From contig CAYPBQ010000001.1 of assembly GCA_964409035.1 (NCBI GenBank), forward strand, positions 111,638 to 175,637: 64,000 bases of DNA. The letters are read 5' to 3'. The position numbers and the translations under genes were made by a program. The notes beneath the pieces were generated by a model, which was given only the letters and a program-made list of their open reading frames with translations, was not told the origin of the DNA and made no database searches. Shown here piece after piece: positions 9,228 to 18,128 of this stretch (positions within the stretch are counted from its first letter, which is position 1; each line of letters begins with the position of its first letter). The stretch is from an uncultured Candidatus Saccharibacteria bacterium (GTDB lineage: Bacteria; Patescibacteriota; Minisyncoccia; Phycocordibacterales; UBA12088).

Positions 9228-9692
9228 ATGGTCACACTTAGACCGCTAAGTGACAATGATGTTGTAGCAATAAACAAGATTACAGAGGGGAACACAAATG
9301 GATTTGGTATACCGAACGTTGGCGCTACAATTGGTAAACTGCTGGAGGGAAAAAATACTCAAAGCGATGTTCATTTTTTCTGTATCGTGGTAGGTAATGA
9401 AATTGTTGGTATACGATATTTAAAACCACAAGACGATGGAGTAGAAACGGGGGTATGGATACTTCCAGCCCACAGAAGAAATGGGTACGCCACAGATTCA
9501 TTGCGTGTGCTTATCTATATACTGAAAACTGAATTTGCATGTGTAGGGTATAGAAAGGCATTAATCTATGTAGACATAGAAAAAAATCCCTATGCGTGTA
9601 AACCCGCATTACAATGTAGGTTTACAGAAGTAGGAGTAGCAGAAAGTATAAATGGGTCAACATTTTCAATATTTGCACTTTCGTTGGATTAG
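9228..9692 (+). CDS. GNAT family N-acetyltransferase
   Basis: 154 aa. GNAT core pattern (IVGIRYL...GVWILPAHRRNGYATDSLRVLIYIL...GYRKALIYVDIEKN). Confidence 0.55.
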   Translation: MVTLRPLSDNDVVAINKITEGNTNGFGIPNVGATIGKLLEGKNTQSDVHFFCIVVGNEIVGIRYLKPQDDGVETGVWILPAHRRNGYATDSLRVLIYILKTEFACVGYRKALIYVDIEKNPYACKPALQCRFTEVGVAESINGSTFSIFALSLD

Positions 9693-9744
9693 TCTACAGT
9701 TTGCACTCACTGAGGAGGCGGTCGCAAGACCGCCTTTTCTATTA

Positions 9745-11538
9745 CTAATCCCCTTTCATTATTTTCATAAACACATCCTGTGAGAGGTGCACCTTGCCTC
9801 GTTCAAGCATTTTTTTCTTTCCTCGCTTTTGTTTTTCACGTAGCTTCATCTTTCTAGTGATGTCACCACCATATAGGTGCCCCGTCACATCCTTTTTCAT
9901 AGCTGCAATACGCTCCGCAGCGATAATGCGTCCAAAGGCCTTTGCCTGTATTTTTGTCACAAACATTTGCTTAGGGAGTGAGTCCCTCAGCCTCTCTACA
10001 ATTTTAGTCGCCTCTTCTTCCACTCTTCTGAGGGATACCACTCGAGAAAACGCCGGGACAAGCTCTTCAGCAATAAGAACATCAAGACGAGTTACCTCAG
10101 CCTTTCGTGATCCGCCAAATTCATACGATACCGATGCATAGCCAGAGCTAATACTCTTTAACTTATCAAAAAAGTTTCTCATCATCTCTCTAAGTGGCAT
10201 GGTCACTGCCATAATGGTTCTTCCATCAGAAAATGCTTCCGAGTTACTAAGCTCTGCCTCATGATCGTAGAGCATCTGCATCACAGGCCCCACATACTCT
10301 GGTGGTGTAATTATCTTTACATCTACCCACGGCTCCATAACACCCTTATACATGCCATGGTCAGGAAATTTTGAGGGGTTATAAATGGTCTCTATCTTTC
10401 CATTTGATAACTCAACCTCATACACGATACTTGGCAGCGTTACAATCAGCTCAAGTGAAAACTCACGTCTCAAACGCTCGGTTATAATTTCAAGGTGTAG
10501 CATACCCAAAAATCCACACCTAAATCCCCGCCCCAATACACCAGATGTTTCTTCTTCGTAGGTAAGTGATGAATCTGAAAGACGTAGCCTATCAAGCGCC
10601 TGCTTGAGGGCAGAAAAGTCGTCTTGGCTCTCTGGGTACACACTGGCCCAGACAACAGGCCTTGGTGTTTTATACCCCGCAAGCGCTGTTACCGGCTGCT
10701 TAGAAAGCGCGATAGTATCTCCCACAGTAGCTACCCCAGGTTGTTTTATACCAGTTACCACATAGCCAATTTCACCCCCACTAAGGCTATCGACTGGTTT
10801 CTCCTCAGGAACAAATACCCCAACCTCTATCGCAATAAAGGATTCATTAGCGTTCATGAAAGTGAGGTAGTCACCCTTTTTTATCGCCCCATCAAAGAGG
10901 CGCATATACACAATTACCCCTCTATGATTTGAATATTGAAAATCAAATACAAGCGCACTAGTCGTAGTGGCGCCAGTCTCCCTTGGTGGTGGAATCCTTT
11001 CAATGATGGCATCTAGAAGCGTTGCAACACCTTCACCGGTCTTGCCTGAGGTAAGAAGTACATCATCCACATCAACATTAAACTTCAGCGCCATCTCTTC
11101 TCTAAGCTCTTTGGTGCGTGCCGTTGGAGCATCAATTTTTGAGAGCACAGGAATAACCACAAGCCCCTGCTCCTCTGCCATACCAAGGGTTGTGAGCGTT
11201 TGTGCTTGTATCCCCTGTGTCGCGTCAACAAGTAGTATCACTCCCTCTACCGCCTTGAGTGCGCGTGATACCTCATATGAAAAATCTATGTGCCCTGGTG
11301 TATCGATAAGATTAACTACGTATTCGACACCATCTTTCTTCCACACCATTCGAGCTGGCTGCATCTTTATAGTGATACCACGCTCACGCTCAAGCTCCAT
11401 AGAATCGAGTACTTGCTCTTTCATTTTTCTCTTTTCTATCGTGCCTGTTACCTCAAGGAGGCGGTCTGCGAGAGTAGATTTGCCGTGGTCTATGTGGGCA
11501 ATAATGCTAAAGTTGCGGATATGCTTCATGTAGCGCAA
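9745..11538 (-). CDS. lepA: Translation elongation factor 4 (LepA)
   Basis: 597 aa. N-terminal GTPase motifs IRNFSIIAHIDHGKSTLADRLL, DTPGHIDF and NKID. LepA-specific C-terminal domain. Confidence 0.93.
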   Translation of the reverse strand: MRYMKHIRNFSIIAHIDHGKSTLADRLLEVTGTIEKRKMKEQVLDSMELERERGITIKMQPARMVWKKDGVEYVVNLIDTPGHIDFSYEVSRALKAVEGVILLVDATQGIQAQTLTTLGMAEEQGLVVIPVLSKIDAPTARTKELREEMALKFNVDVDDVLLTSGKTGEGVATLLDAIIERIPPPRETGATTTSALVFDFQYSNHRGVIVYMRLFDGAIKKGDYLTFMNANESFIAIEVGVFVPEEKPVDSLSGGEIGYVVTGIKQPGVATVGDTIALSKQPVTALAGYKTPRPVVWASVYPESQDDFSALKQALDRLRLSDSSLTYEEETSGVLGRGFRCGFLGMLHLEIITERLRREFSLELIVTLPSIVYEVELSNGKIETIYNPSKFPDHGMYKGVMEPWVDVKIITPPEYVGPVMQMLYDHEAELSNSEAFSDGRTIMAVTMPLREMMRNFFDKLKSISSGYASVSYEFGGSRKAEVTRLDVLIAEELVPAFSRVVSLRRVEEEATKIVERLRDSLPKQMFVTKIQAKAFGRIIAAERIAAMKKDVTGHLYGGDITRKMKLREKQKRGKKKMLERGKVHLSQDVFMKIMKGD

Positions 11539-11608
11539 TTATGCCCTATTTTAGGCATTTATCAAGGTTAGTATTGACAAAAAATTTGCGTATGACAAGC
11601 TTTAACTT

Positions 11609-11838
11609 GAGGTGGAGGAGTTGACAACCTCCTGTCCGTTAGGGGACTGCGCCAAGAAATGCACATGCCCCCGTCTGGCAACACAGTTTGCTGGATAGCC
11701 TAGAGCCCAATGGGCTAGCAAAGACGGTGTGTCCGATGGTCTACTGACCCAAACGATCCGCTCCGAGCTAGAGCAGAGCTGAGCGGAGGACACCCACCTC
11801 ACTTTAACCCGCAGTCATCGACTGCGGGTTTGTCATTT
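11609..11838 (+). ncRNA. Candidate structured small RNA with intrinsic terminator (identity unknown; 6S-like closing stem)
   Basis: GC-rich ~230 nt between murJ and lepA. The 5' gaggtgg (11609-11615) pairs with ccacctc (11794-11800). Internal hairpins include aggag-uugacaac-cuccu, agccc-aat-gggct and ccgctc...gagcgg. It ends in a strong hairpin aacccgcagt-catcg-actgcgggtt followed by tgtcatttc. The T-tract is only on the + side, which gives the orientation. TTGACA is at 11574-11579 upstream. Confidence 0.35.
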
Positions 11839-11867
11839 CAAAATAATACTCAAAAATACTACAATTC

Positions 11868-13541
11868 TTACTCCATTTGCTCATCAGGCAACTGAGTTGG
11901 CCTTGCCGATAACTTATGATGAAGAGCGCCAATCACTTCCCTCACCTCAACATTTTTTAGTACATATAACACAGCAACATATGCAACAAGACCAAACAAT
12001 CCCGCGATTGCTCCTTGCAGTGATATACCGACAAACGTATTAATATCAACCACATCATCCATGAGGTTGAGACCGGTATAAGCAACTATTCCTGCACATA
12101 GTGAGGCAAAACCAGAATGAAGCACCACACGTGCAAGCACTCCAGAAAGTGGAGAAAAATCCTGACCAAAAAATACAAGTAGAAACATCGCATTAAATAG
12201 CATTCCAATGGTATATCCCAAAGGAAGCATAAGTACTTCTGTACCCGCAAGACCCTCTACCCTCAAAAGTGCTTCCATGAATAGTTGAAAGGGCTCATGG
12301 AGAGAAAAAACCGAAAGAAGCAATGTCGCACTTGAAAGACCTGCGATAGAAGAGACAGCATTAATAAGGAAAGGTTTAAGCGTATTACCTGCCGCATAGT
12401 ACGCCCGCACGACAACCAACATCACGCTATGCGCAAAAAGTGAAAGCGCAAAAAGCGCAAGACCTGCTGCAACAAGTCGAGTATCCGCCCAATCAAACTC
12501 CCCTGTTCCCAGCACTGTGCGCACCACCTGCGCTCGTAGCACAATAAGGAGCACCGTTGCAGGAAATGCCCAAAATACAATATGCCTAAGTGCGGTACCT
12601 ATGTGATGTACAAACGATTGCGTATCACCCGCACTAATAAATCGTGACAATATAGGAAATGCAGCGACAGAATAGCTCACCCCTATTATTGCAAGTGGTA
12701 CCGACTGGAGGTTAAACGCAAATGAGAACACTGCAATTGATCCAACCGTCATGTATGACGCTATAGATATAAATATAAACGATAGCATCTGCCCCACTGA
12801 AAGAGTGAGTGTTCGAGGTATCGACATCGAGAGTATCTTCCGAACCACGCTCCACTCGATTGAAAGCGTAAAGGTAGGAAATAGCTTGTGACTAACCATA
12901 AACGGCAGTTGAATTGCCAAGTGAAGAGTAGCTCCAATGGCAACACCTAGTGCTAATCCTGCAATACCAAGCAATGGGTACAAAAAGAGTACACCAAAAA
13001 TTATACCGATATTGTATAGAATTGGTGATATGCCGTAGAGTAAAAACTTTTGGTACACCTGAGTGACAGAAGCACAAAGATTAGACACGCCAAGTATAAT
13101 TGGTTGTACTAATAGTATGCGTATAAGCAAGGTCAAATCTCCATGAAGCGCTTCCTCAAAGCCCGGAAATAGTAACGGTACTAATGCCGGCGCAAGGACA
13201 AATACCACCGCGCTTGTACCAGCAATAAGTATGAGAAAAAAACTATATAAACTTGAGAGCAATTCTCGTACTTTCTCTGTAGAAATAAGTAATCGCTCAG
13301 AAAGAAATGGAATAAGCACATACACCGACACCAATGAACCAAGTAATACATACAAGAGATCAGGTATACGAAATGCCGCGTAATAGAGATCAAGGGTCAC
13401 ACCTGCACCAAATTCATGAGCGAGTATTCTATCTCGAAGGAGGGCAAGTACTTGTGAAGTAAGGGTAAATATACCCAAAAGGTACGCAGCCTCGTGGAGA
13501 CCGCGTACCTCTCGGTATAAAAATCCAAACACCTTAGACAT
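11868..13541 (-). CDS. murJ: Lipid II flippase MurJ (MviN family)
   Basis: 557 aa with about 14 TM helices. Family-typical N-terminal region (LLGIFTLTSQVLALLRDRILAHEFGAG...DLYYAAFRIPDLL) and size. Confidence 0.7.
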   Translation of the reverse strand: MSKVFGFLYREVRGLHEAAYLLGIFTLTSQVLALLRDRILAHEFGAGVTLDLYYAAFRIPDLLYVLLGSLVSVYVLIPFLSERLLISTEKVRELLSSLYSFFLILIAGTSAVVFVLAPALVPLLFPGFEEALHGDLTLLIRILLVQPIILGVSNLCASVTQVYQKFLLYGISPILYNIGIIFGVLFLYPLLGIAGLALGVAIGATLHLAIQLPFMVSHKLFPTFTLSIEWSVVRKILSMSIPRTLTLSVGQMLSFIFISIASYMTVGSIAVFSFAFNLQSVPLAIIGVSYSVAAFPILSRFISAGDTQSFVHHIGTALRHIVFWAFPATVLLIVLRAQVVRTVLGTGEFDWADTRLVAAGLALFALSLFAHSVMLVVVRAYYAAGNTLKPFLINAVSSIAGLSSATLLLSVFSLHEPFQLFMEALLRVEGLAGTEVLMLPLGYTIGMLFNAMFLLVFFGQDFSPLSGVLARVVLHSGFASLCAGIVAYTGLNLMDDVVDINTFVGISLQGAIAGLFGLVAYVAVLYVLKNVEVREVIGALHHKLSARPTQLPDEQME

Positions 13542-13556
13542 GAGTACAGTATACTC

Positions 13557-15974
13557 CTATTCAAGCACTTCTGTACTTGTTGACGACTCTTCACTTACCG
13601 GGAGTGAATCGAGAGACTCAACAGATGATGACGTGTTCTCAGAAACTGGAGGAAGTCCGTTTTCAAGATTTTCAAGAACACTCTCAATCTCAGCATTATC
13701 CGGATTAAGTGTTTGTACCTTCTTGAACTGTTCAATCGCACTGTCGATATCACCCCTCTCGTACTCAGAAAGACCAAGGAAGTAAAGTGCGTTTGAGTAA
13801 TCTGGATTAAGCGCTATCGCTCTTGAGAATGATGATGACGCACCCTCATACTGTTTGTCTGAGTACTTGAGTAGTCCAAGCTGGAAGAAATTAACAGCAT
13901 TTGTTGGTTCTATGATAGTAGTTGCTTCGACACTCTTTATCGCCTCTTCGGTCTCTCCTTCGTTTATCTGAATTTGCGCCAAGAGGAATATTGCTTCTGT
14001 ATAGTTATTCTTCTTTTCTAGGGCGAGCTGAATCTTTTCTTTTGCAGTCTCATTGTTACCATTTGCACTTTCTAGCTGCGCAAGACCCAAGAAGATTGCT
14101 GGTGATTGTGGGTTAAACTCTAGCGCACGTGCATAGGCTTGTGTTGCCCCATCATACGCACCTTCAACCTTAAGAGGTACTACTGTTTGATATACCTGTG
14201 CGAGATTTATCCAGTTTTGATAGTTTGTTGGATCAAGGACAGTGGCACGCTGTGCGTTTTGGATAGCAGCAGCAAGTACCGCTTGGAATTGTGTTCGAGC
14301 CTCCTCTTCAGAAAGTGTTTCTGATTGAGCAACCTCGCTAAGTCTAATGAGATTAAGATTGGTACCAAATCGATAGTACGCATCTACCTCATTAAGAGTC
14401 ACCGCTTGTGACACTAATGCCTCGGCTTTCTCAATGTCATTTTCTACATTGAGAGCTACCACTCCCTTTTGAAAGTACATTGCGCTTGCATATCGCTCAC
14501 CGATTGCAAATATTGAAGCGATGCTTCCAAGAAACAGCAAGGTGAGGAAAAGCACTGAGATAAAGCCAAGACGAGGGTTTTCTACAAAAGAAATTTCCTT
14601 TTCTGAAAAACCTCCCGGCTGACGTCTGATAGATGCAATAAATACTCCAGTGAGCAAAAAGGCGAAGAACAGAATGCTGTGACTAGGTGTATAAATGATT
14701 GCAAATATCCACAAGAAGAGTGCCCCAAGGTATGACGAGAGCGATAGGTACGAAGAAAGTGGGTCAGCGTTTGCTCGCATTACCAGCGCTCTAAAGCCTG
14801 CGTATAAGAATAATCCAATGAAGAGAATCCATGATATCGCACCAACAGCACCAGTGGTTGCAAGTGAAGTCGGAATGTAGCCAATACCGCTAGCAAAATC
14901 TGCAGACCAAAATAGTGTTTGATTGATTTCAACAGGCTTATTGAGTAGCCACTCTCTCGAGAAGGAGCCAGGACCAGAGCCAAATATCGCATGCTTTGCA
15001 TACGTACTCTGAATCACATCGGCAGTACTTTGCCAGGATGGACGCACCTCAAGCTGTGAGACATTAAAGAATGTAGATACGCTGTTACCGATAAAATTAC
15101 CTCCAACAAGAAATACAAGACATAATGACAGCACCAAGAGCGAAGCAAACGATGTTTGCCCTTCTCCCACAAGCTCACGCATTTGTGATTCACTCTCAAG
15201 TGAATCAGTGGTAGCTCTCTCGCGAGAGTATCGTCCGGTGGTTAAACTGTAGACAAAGGTACCAAGTGCAAATGCACCAATCACCCACCATACTACGCTA
15301 AAGTTGATTACAATAAGCATTGCAATAGATACTGCAAGCGCCCCGACAACGACAAGCTTTATTTTTCCATGAAGCGTAAGTCCAACAAGAGTTACGAGTG
15401 ACAGCACAGTAACCAATCCAAAGAATATTGCGAGATCATTCCAAGAACCAAGCACGTTTGCAGTGGTACTCGTAAAAATGCCGAAAGAAAGAAAATTTGG
15501 TCCAAAAAACAATCTTGCGATTTGAAATACAGCAACTATCCCAACTGACGCCATAAAAGCGCCGTATAGCTTTAGAAGACTCTCTCTTTTTCTAAGTCCA
15601 ATCGCAACAAGTGTTGCAATAAGTGTAAGTACTCCAACAAACGCAAAAGAGTCTGTGTTAAAGCCTTGACCAAGAAGTGATTGCTCTATGTTTCCTGAGA
15701 ATAATGAAGAAACAAGATACGCAATAGGAATCATCCACATCGCACCCATAAGTGGACTCATAGGAATGAGTATTCTGCGCTCTTTCATTCTTGCCACTAT
15801 GTAGAATGCGACACCGAGTAACGCTACTATTGCGATAAAAAACGCCTTAGTAAACTGAAACGGGGCAAACAAAAGAGGAATAAATACGATAGGAACAAGA
15901 GCGGTAGCCCCAATGAGAAGCCACTCAAGCATCCCATCAAATCCTGCGCGTGATTTCTGCGGAAGATATGCCAT
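13557..15974 (-). CDS. O-antigen ligase/polymerase-like membrane domain fused to C-terminal TPR repeats
   Basis: 805 aa. The N-terminal ~450 aa is polytopic membrane (Wzy_C-like). The C-terminal ~300 aa has TPR-like repeats (AYYRFGTNLN..., AQVYQTV..., GLAQLESANGN..., YFLGLSEYERGDIDSAIEQFKKV) and ends in an acidic Ser/Glu-rich tail. Confidence 0.5.
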   Translation of the reverse strand: MAYLPQKSRAGFDGMLEWLLIGATALVPIVFIPLLFAPFQFTKAFFIAIVALLGVAFYIVARMKERRILIPMSPLMGAMWMIPIAYLVSSLFSGNIEQSLLGQGFNTDSFAFVGVLTLIATLVAIGLRKRESLLKLYGAFMASVGIVAVFQIARLFFGPNFLSFGIFTSTTANVLGSWNDLAIFFGLVTVLSLVTLVGLTLHGKIKLVVVGALAVSIAMLIVINFSVVWWVIGAFALGTFVYSLTTGRYSRERATTDSLESESQMRELVGEGQTSFASLLVLSLCLVFLVGGNFIGNSVSTFFNVSQLEVRPSWQSTADVIQSTYAKHAIFGSGPGSFSREWLLNKPVEINQTLFWSADFASGIGYIPTSLATTGAVGAISWILFIGLFLYAGFRALVMRANADPLSSYLSLSSYLGALFLWIFAIIYTPSHSILFFAFLLTGVFIASIRRQPGGFSEKEISFVENPRLGFISVLFLTLLFLGSIASIFAIGERYASAMYFQKGVVALNVENDIEKAEALVSQAVTLNEVDAYYRFGTNLNLIRLSEVAQSETLSEEEARTQFQAVLAAAIQNAQRATVLDPTNYQNWINLAQVYQTVVPLKVEGAYDGATQAYARALEFNPQSPAIFLGLAQLESANGNNETAKEKIQLALEKKNNYTEAIFLLAQIQINEGETEEAIKSVEATTIIEPTNAVNFFQLGLLKYSDKQYEGASSSFSRAIALNPDYSNALYFLGLSEYERGDIDSAIEQFKKVQTLNPDNAEIESVLENLENGLPPVSENTSSSVESLDSLPVSEESSTSTEVLE

Positions 15975-16132
15975 AGATATGTTAGTTATGTATAAAGTGG
16001 ATCAAGGTTTTAGTATGCACATGCCCGCATCTAGTGGGAGGTGTGGTACCTACACCGAGAGCCTAAACACTACCCACATAGTATACGACTAAACAATCAT
16101 ATTGCACACGAAGCGGTGTGGGTAACTACATA

Positions 16133-16164
16133 GAAATACGCCCGCATTACGCGGGCGTATTTCA
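16133..16164 (-). terminator. Intrinsic terminator of rnpB
   Basis: Minus strand aaauacgcccgc-guaa-ugcgggcguauuu, immediately 3' of the RNase P RNA. Confidence 0.6.
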
Positions 16165-16590
16165 TATCTCGATATCTGTGCCTATAAGCCGAATTCTGTC
16201 TATCCCTATAGATGAGTACTATATGGGAGATAGTTATGTATCTAGGAGTGTTGTTACCAACACCCTCAAGCGGCTCTCCCCACCCATCTTAATCTTTATC
16301 TATATATAGAAGACTAAGATGGATGGGGCACGGCCTTGCACGCAGGTAGGAATTTTGCCGTTTCAGCCTTGCCTCACAACAAGGTTTTCTGCATATTGCA
16401 TACGCTATATGCAGACCGCATTTCTCTCAAAATAGCGCGTCTCTGTTCGCATCCCGTGGGTCACCCCAGGCGGGCGTTACCCGCTACCATTCTCCAGCTT
16501 TCACTGAGCGTGTTCGGACTTTCCTCTCTTTGTATACTTGCGTAACAAAGAGCAACTATCCAGCACAGACCTTTTATATTATACAACACT
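16165..16590 (-). ncRNA. rnpB: RNase P RNA (bacterial type A-like)
   Basis: The minus strand carries GGAAAGUCCGAACACGCUCAGUGAAAGCUGGAGAAUGGUAGCGGGUAACGCCCGCCUGGGGUGACCCACGGGAUGCGAACAGAGACGCG, matching the P4/P5-P7 consensus of bacterial RNase P RNA. Near the 3' end (16180-16200) it carries GACAGAAUUCGGCUUAUAGG, the P4 3' strand consensus ACAGAAnCCGGCUUA. The P3 hairpin is cucuuugu...acaaagag. There is an AU-rich insertion. The ends are approximate. The + ORFs 16118..16309 and 16336..16545 are artefacts. Confidence 0.8.
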
Positions 16591-16742
16591 TTTATATATA
16601 TGAAAACACCCTTTGTGAGGGTGTTGGGGGGGCGTGGAGCTAATCACGATGACTAGCTCCACGCTACGAGAGGTGCTGGGGGCGTTGGGGAGGAATCACG
16701 CCGACCTCATATAGAATACCCGTATACTGATATTTTTGCAAA

Positions 16743-17222
16743 TCACTCATCCTCCGCAGCAAACTCCATGTAGCGAAGTGTATCCCCCACCTTCATGCCA
16801 AGAGCGCTTGCAACACCACGGTTAACCTCAAGCACGTAGGTTGCCATTGTTGGCGGCTCAAATACTTTAGGGTAACTCTCTGGAGCAACATCCTCTTCGA
16901 TATGCACAATGGTAAGTGTGCTATCGACCCATACAATATCAATAGCAAACTTCATATCCTTCATCCATATACCGTGCGTGTCGGGAGTATCAAACACAAA
17001 CCATAGCCCAGTATCTTGTGGCAGCATCTCTCTATTTGAGAGTCCTGTTCTTCTTTCAAATGGTGTGCGTGCTACCTCAATTTTAAGCGGAGTAGTATTT
17101 ACAAGCAAAAGCGCAAGTGGTGCCTCTTGCTTGGCAACAATAGGTGAGAAGTATCCTTCCTCAAGAGCATAAACAAGACCTGTCGCCACAAACATGACAA
17201 TCCCAAAGATTGCTATACGCAT
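16743..17222 (-). CDS. DUF192 (COG1430) domain protein
   Basis: DUF192 signature MKFAIDIVWVD...IVHIEE. An N-terminal TM/signal segment is present. The start is probably at MRIAIF (17222), not the first ATG at 17240. Confidence 0.6.
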   Translation of the reverse strand: MRIAIFGIVMFVATGLVYALEEGYFSPIVAKQEAPLALLLVNTTPLKIEVARTPFERRTGLSNREMLPQDTGLWFVFDTPDTHGIWMKDMKFAIDIVWVDSTLTIVHIEEDVAPESYPKVFEPPTMATYVLEVNRGVASALGMKVGDTLRYMEFAAEDE

Positions 17223-17223
17223 A

Positions 17224-17634
17224 CTATTGCCACAACACAAGCACGCTAGCTACTGCAACTATACGAAGCGCCTCGTAGCCAACATATATAAGAAACAGAT
17301 TAAATGGCTTCTTCTCCCAAATTACTCCACCTAGATAATTAGTGACGATAAAACCCACCCAAATAATTGACCCTATAACAATGCCATCATATACGCTTGT
17401 TGCATTAGCAATACGAAGTATTATTGCAAGCACAGTAGAAAAGACGGCAGCGGTCAAAAATCCAGCGCCCATCACCTTTATCATTTCAGCACCCGATGGT
17501 TTAGATTGAGATACTCCTGTAAGTCTCATCCACGATCTTCCGATTGATGTCATTGGTGAGTACCAGAATGTTCCTATTACCATACTGATAATCGCTGAAA
17601 CAACAATTGCCCATGTATTTAAATCTTCAAACAT
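17224..17634 (-). CDS. DUF1761 family membrane protein
   Basis: 136 aa with 4 TM helices and the GxFWYSP motif (IGTFWYSPM) typical of DUF1761. Confidence 0.5.
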   Translation of the reverse strand: MFEDLNTWAIVVSAIISMVIGTFWYSPMTSIGRSWMRLTGVSQSKPSGAEMIKVMGAGFLTAAVFSTVLAIILRIANATSVYDGIVIGSIIWVGFIVTNYLGGVIWEKKPFNLFLIYVGYEALRIVAVASVLVLWQ

Positions 17635-17696
17635 ATAAAAATTAGAGATGTTTATAACAATACATATATTGTCTATGTAGTGGAGAAAAAAGTAAA

Positions 17697-17726
17697 GGCA
17701 GTAATGGACATAAGTCCATTACTGCC
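17697..17726 (-). terminator. Intrinsic terminator of the small poly-Lys ORF
   Basis: 13-bp perfect stem ggcagtaatggac-ataa-gtccattactgcc, followed on the minus strand by cuuuacuuuuuu. Confidence 0.75.
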
Positions 17727-17750
17727 CCCCTTCGACTTGAGGCTTATGCC

Positions 17751-17954
17751 TCATTTTTTCTTTTTCTTTTTCTTTCTTGAAGCCTCTATTGAAGGCCAGT
17801 TCATAGATTGGGGACCCTCTCCCTCAACCATGCTAGTAAGAGACCTCACTCTACCGAATCTTGCAAGGTTAATAGATATATCGAGTCTCTCTCTTACCTC
17901 ATCAAAATTCGGAGGTAATAACGACACCGGATCGAGTACATCGCGAAAAGTCAT
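17751..17954 (-). CDS. Small hypothetical protein (67 aa) ending in a heptalysine tail
   Basis: Strong SD GGGAGG 8 nt upstream of the ATG (cttcttGGGAGGtgtgttATG). The intrinsic terminator is 25 nt downstream. C-terminus reads ...EASRKKKKKKK, encoded by aagaaagaaaaagaaaaagaaaaaa. Confidence 0.55.
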   Translation of the reverse strand: MTFRDVLDPVSLLPPNFDEVRERLDISINLARFGRVRSLTSMVEGEGPQSMNWPSIEASRKKKKKKK

Positions 17955-18041
17955 AACACACCTCCCAAGAAGCTGTTACCGCATTATGTGTACCACACCA
18001 TGCTCCATTTTAGCAATACTTTATGGTATAACAGCGTGACT

Positions 18042-18128
18042 GGAGGGTTCGCATAGTGGTCGAGTGCGCCGCCTTGGAAAGGCGGTATTGGGGAAACCCA
18101 ATCGAGGGTTCGAATCCCTCACCCTCCG
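18042..18128 (+). tRNA. tRNA-Ser (anticodon GGA)
   Basis: ggagggt-tc-gcat-agtggtcga-gtgc-g-ccgcc-ttGGAaa-ggcgg-[long variable arm tattggggaaacccaatc]-gaggg-ttcgaat-ccctc-accctcc-g. The long variable arm is typical of Ser. CCA is not encoded. Confidence 0.88.

Noticed and set aside
11602-11802. Minus-strand 66-aa ORF in the murJ-lepA intergenic region
   Set aside because: The region has strong RNA-like secondary structure and a +-oriented terminator. The ORF lacks an SD and has an odd composition, so the region was treated as candidate ncRNA instead.
11539-11867. SRP RNA (ffs) as the identity of the structured intergenic RNA
   Set aside because: I could not find the helix-8 GGAA tetraloop / AGCAGCC-AAGGCAG type motifs on either strand, so the RNA is left unassigned.
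16118-16545. Plus-strand ORFs 16118..16309 and 16336..16545
   Set aside because: They overlap the RNase P RNA gene on the opposite strand and have no RBS or protein-like composition.
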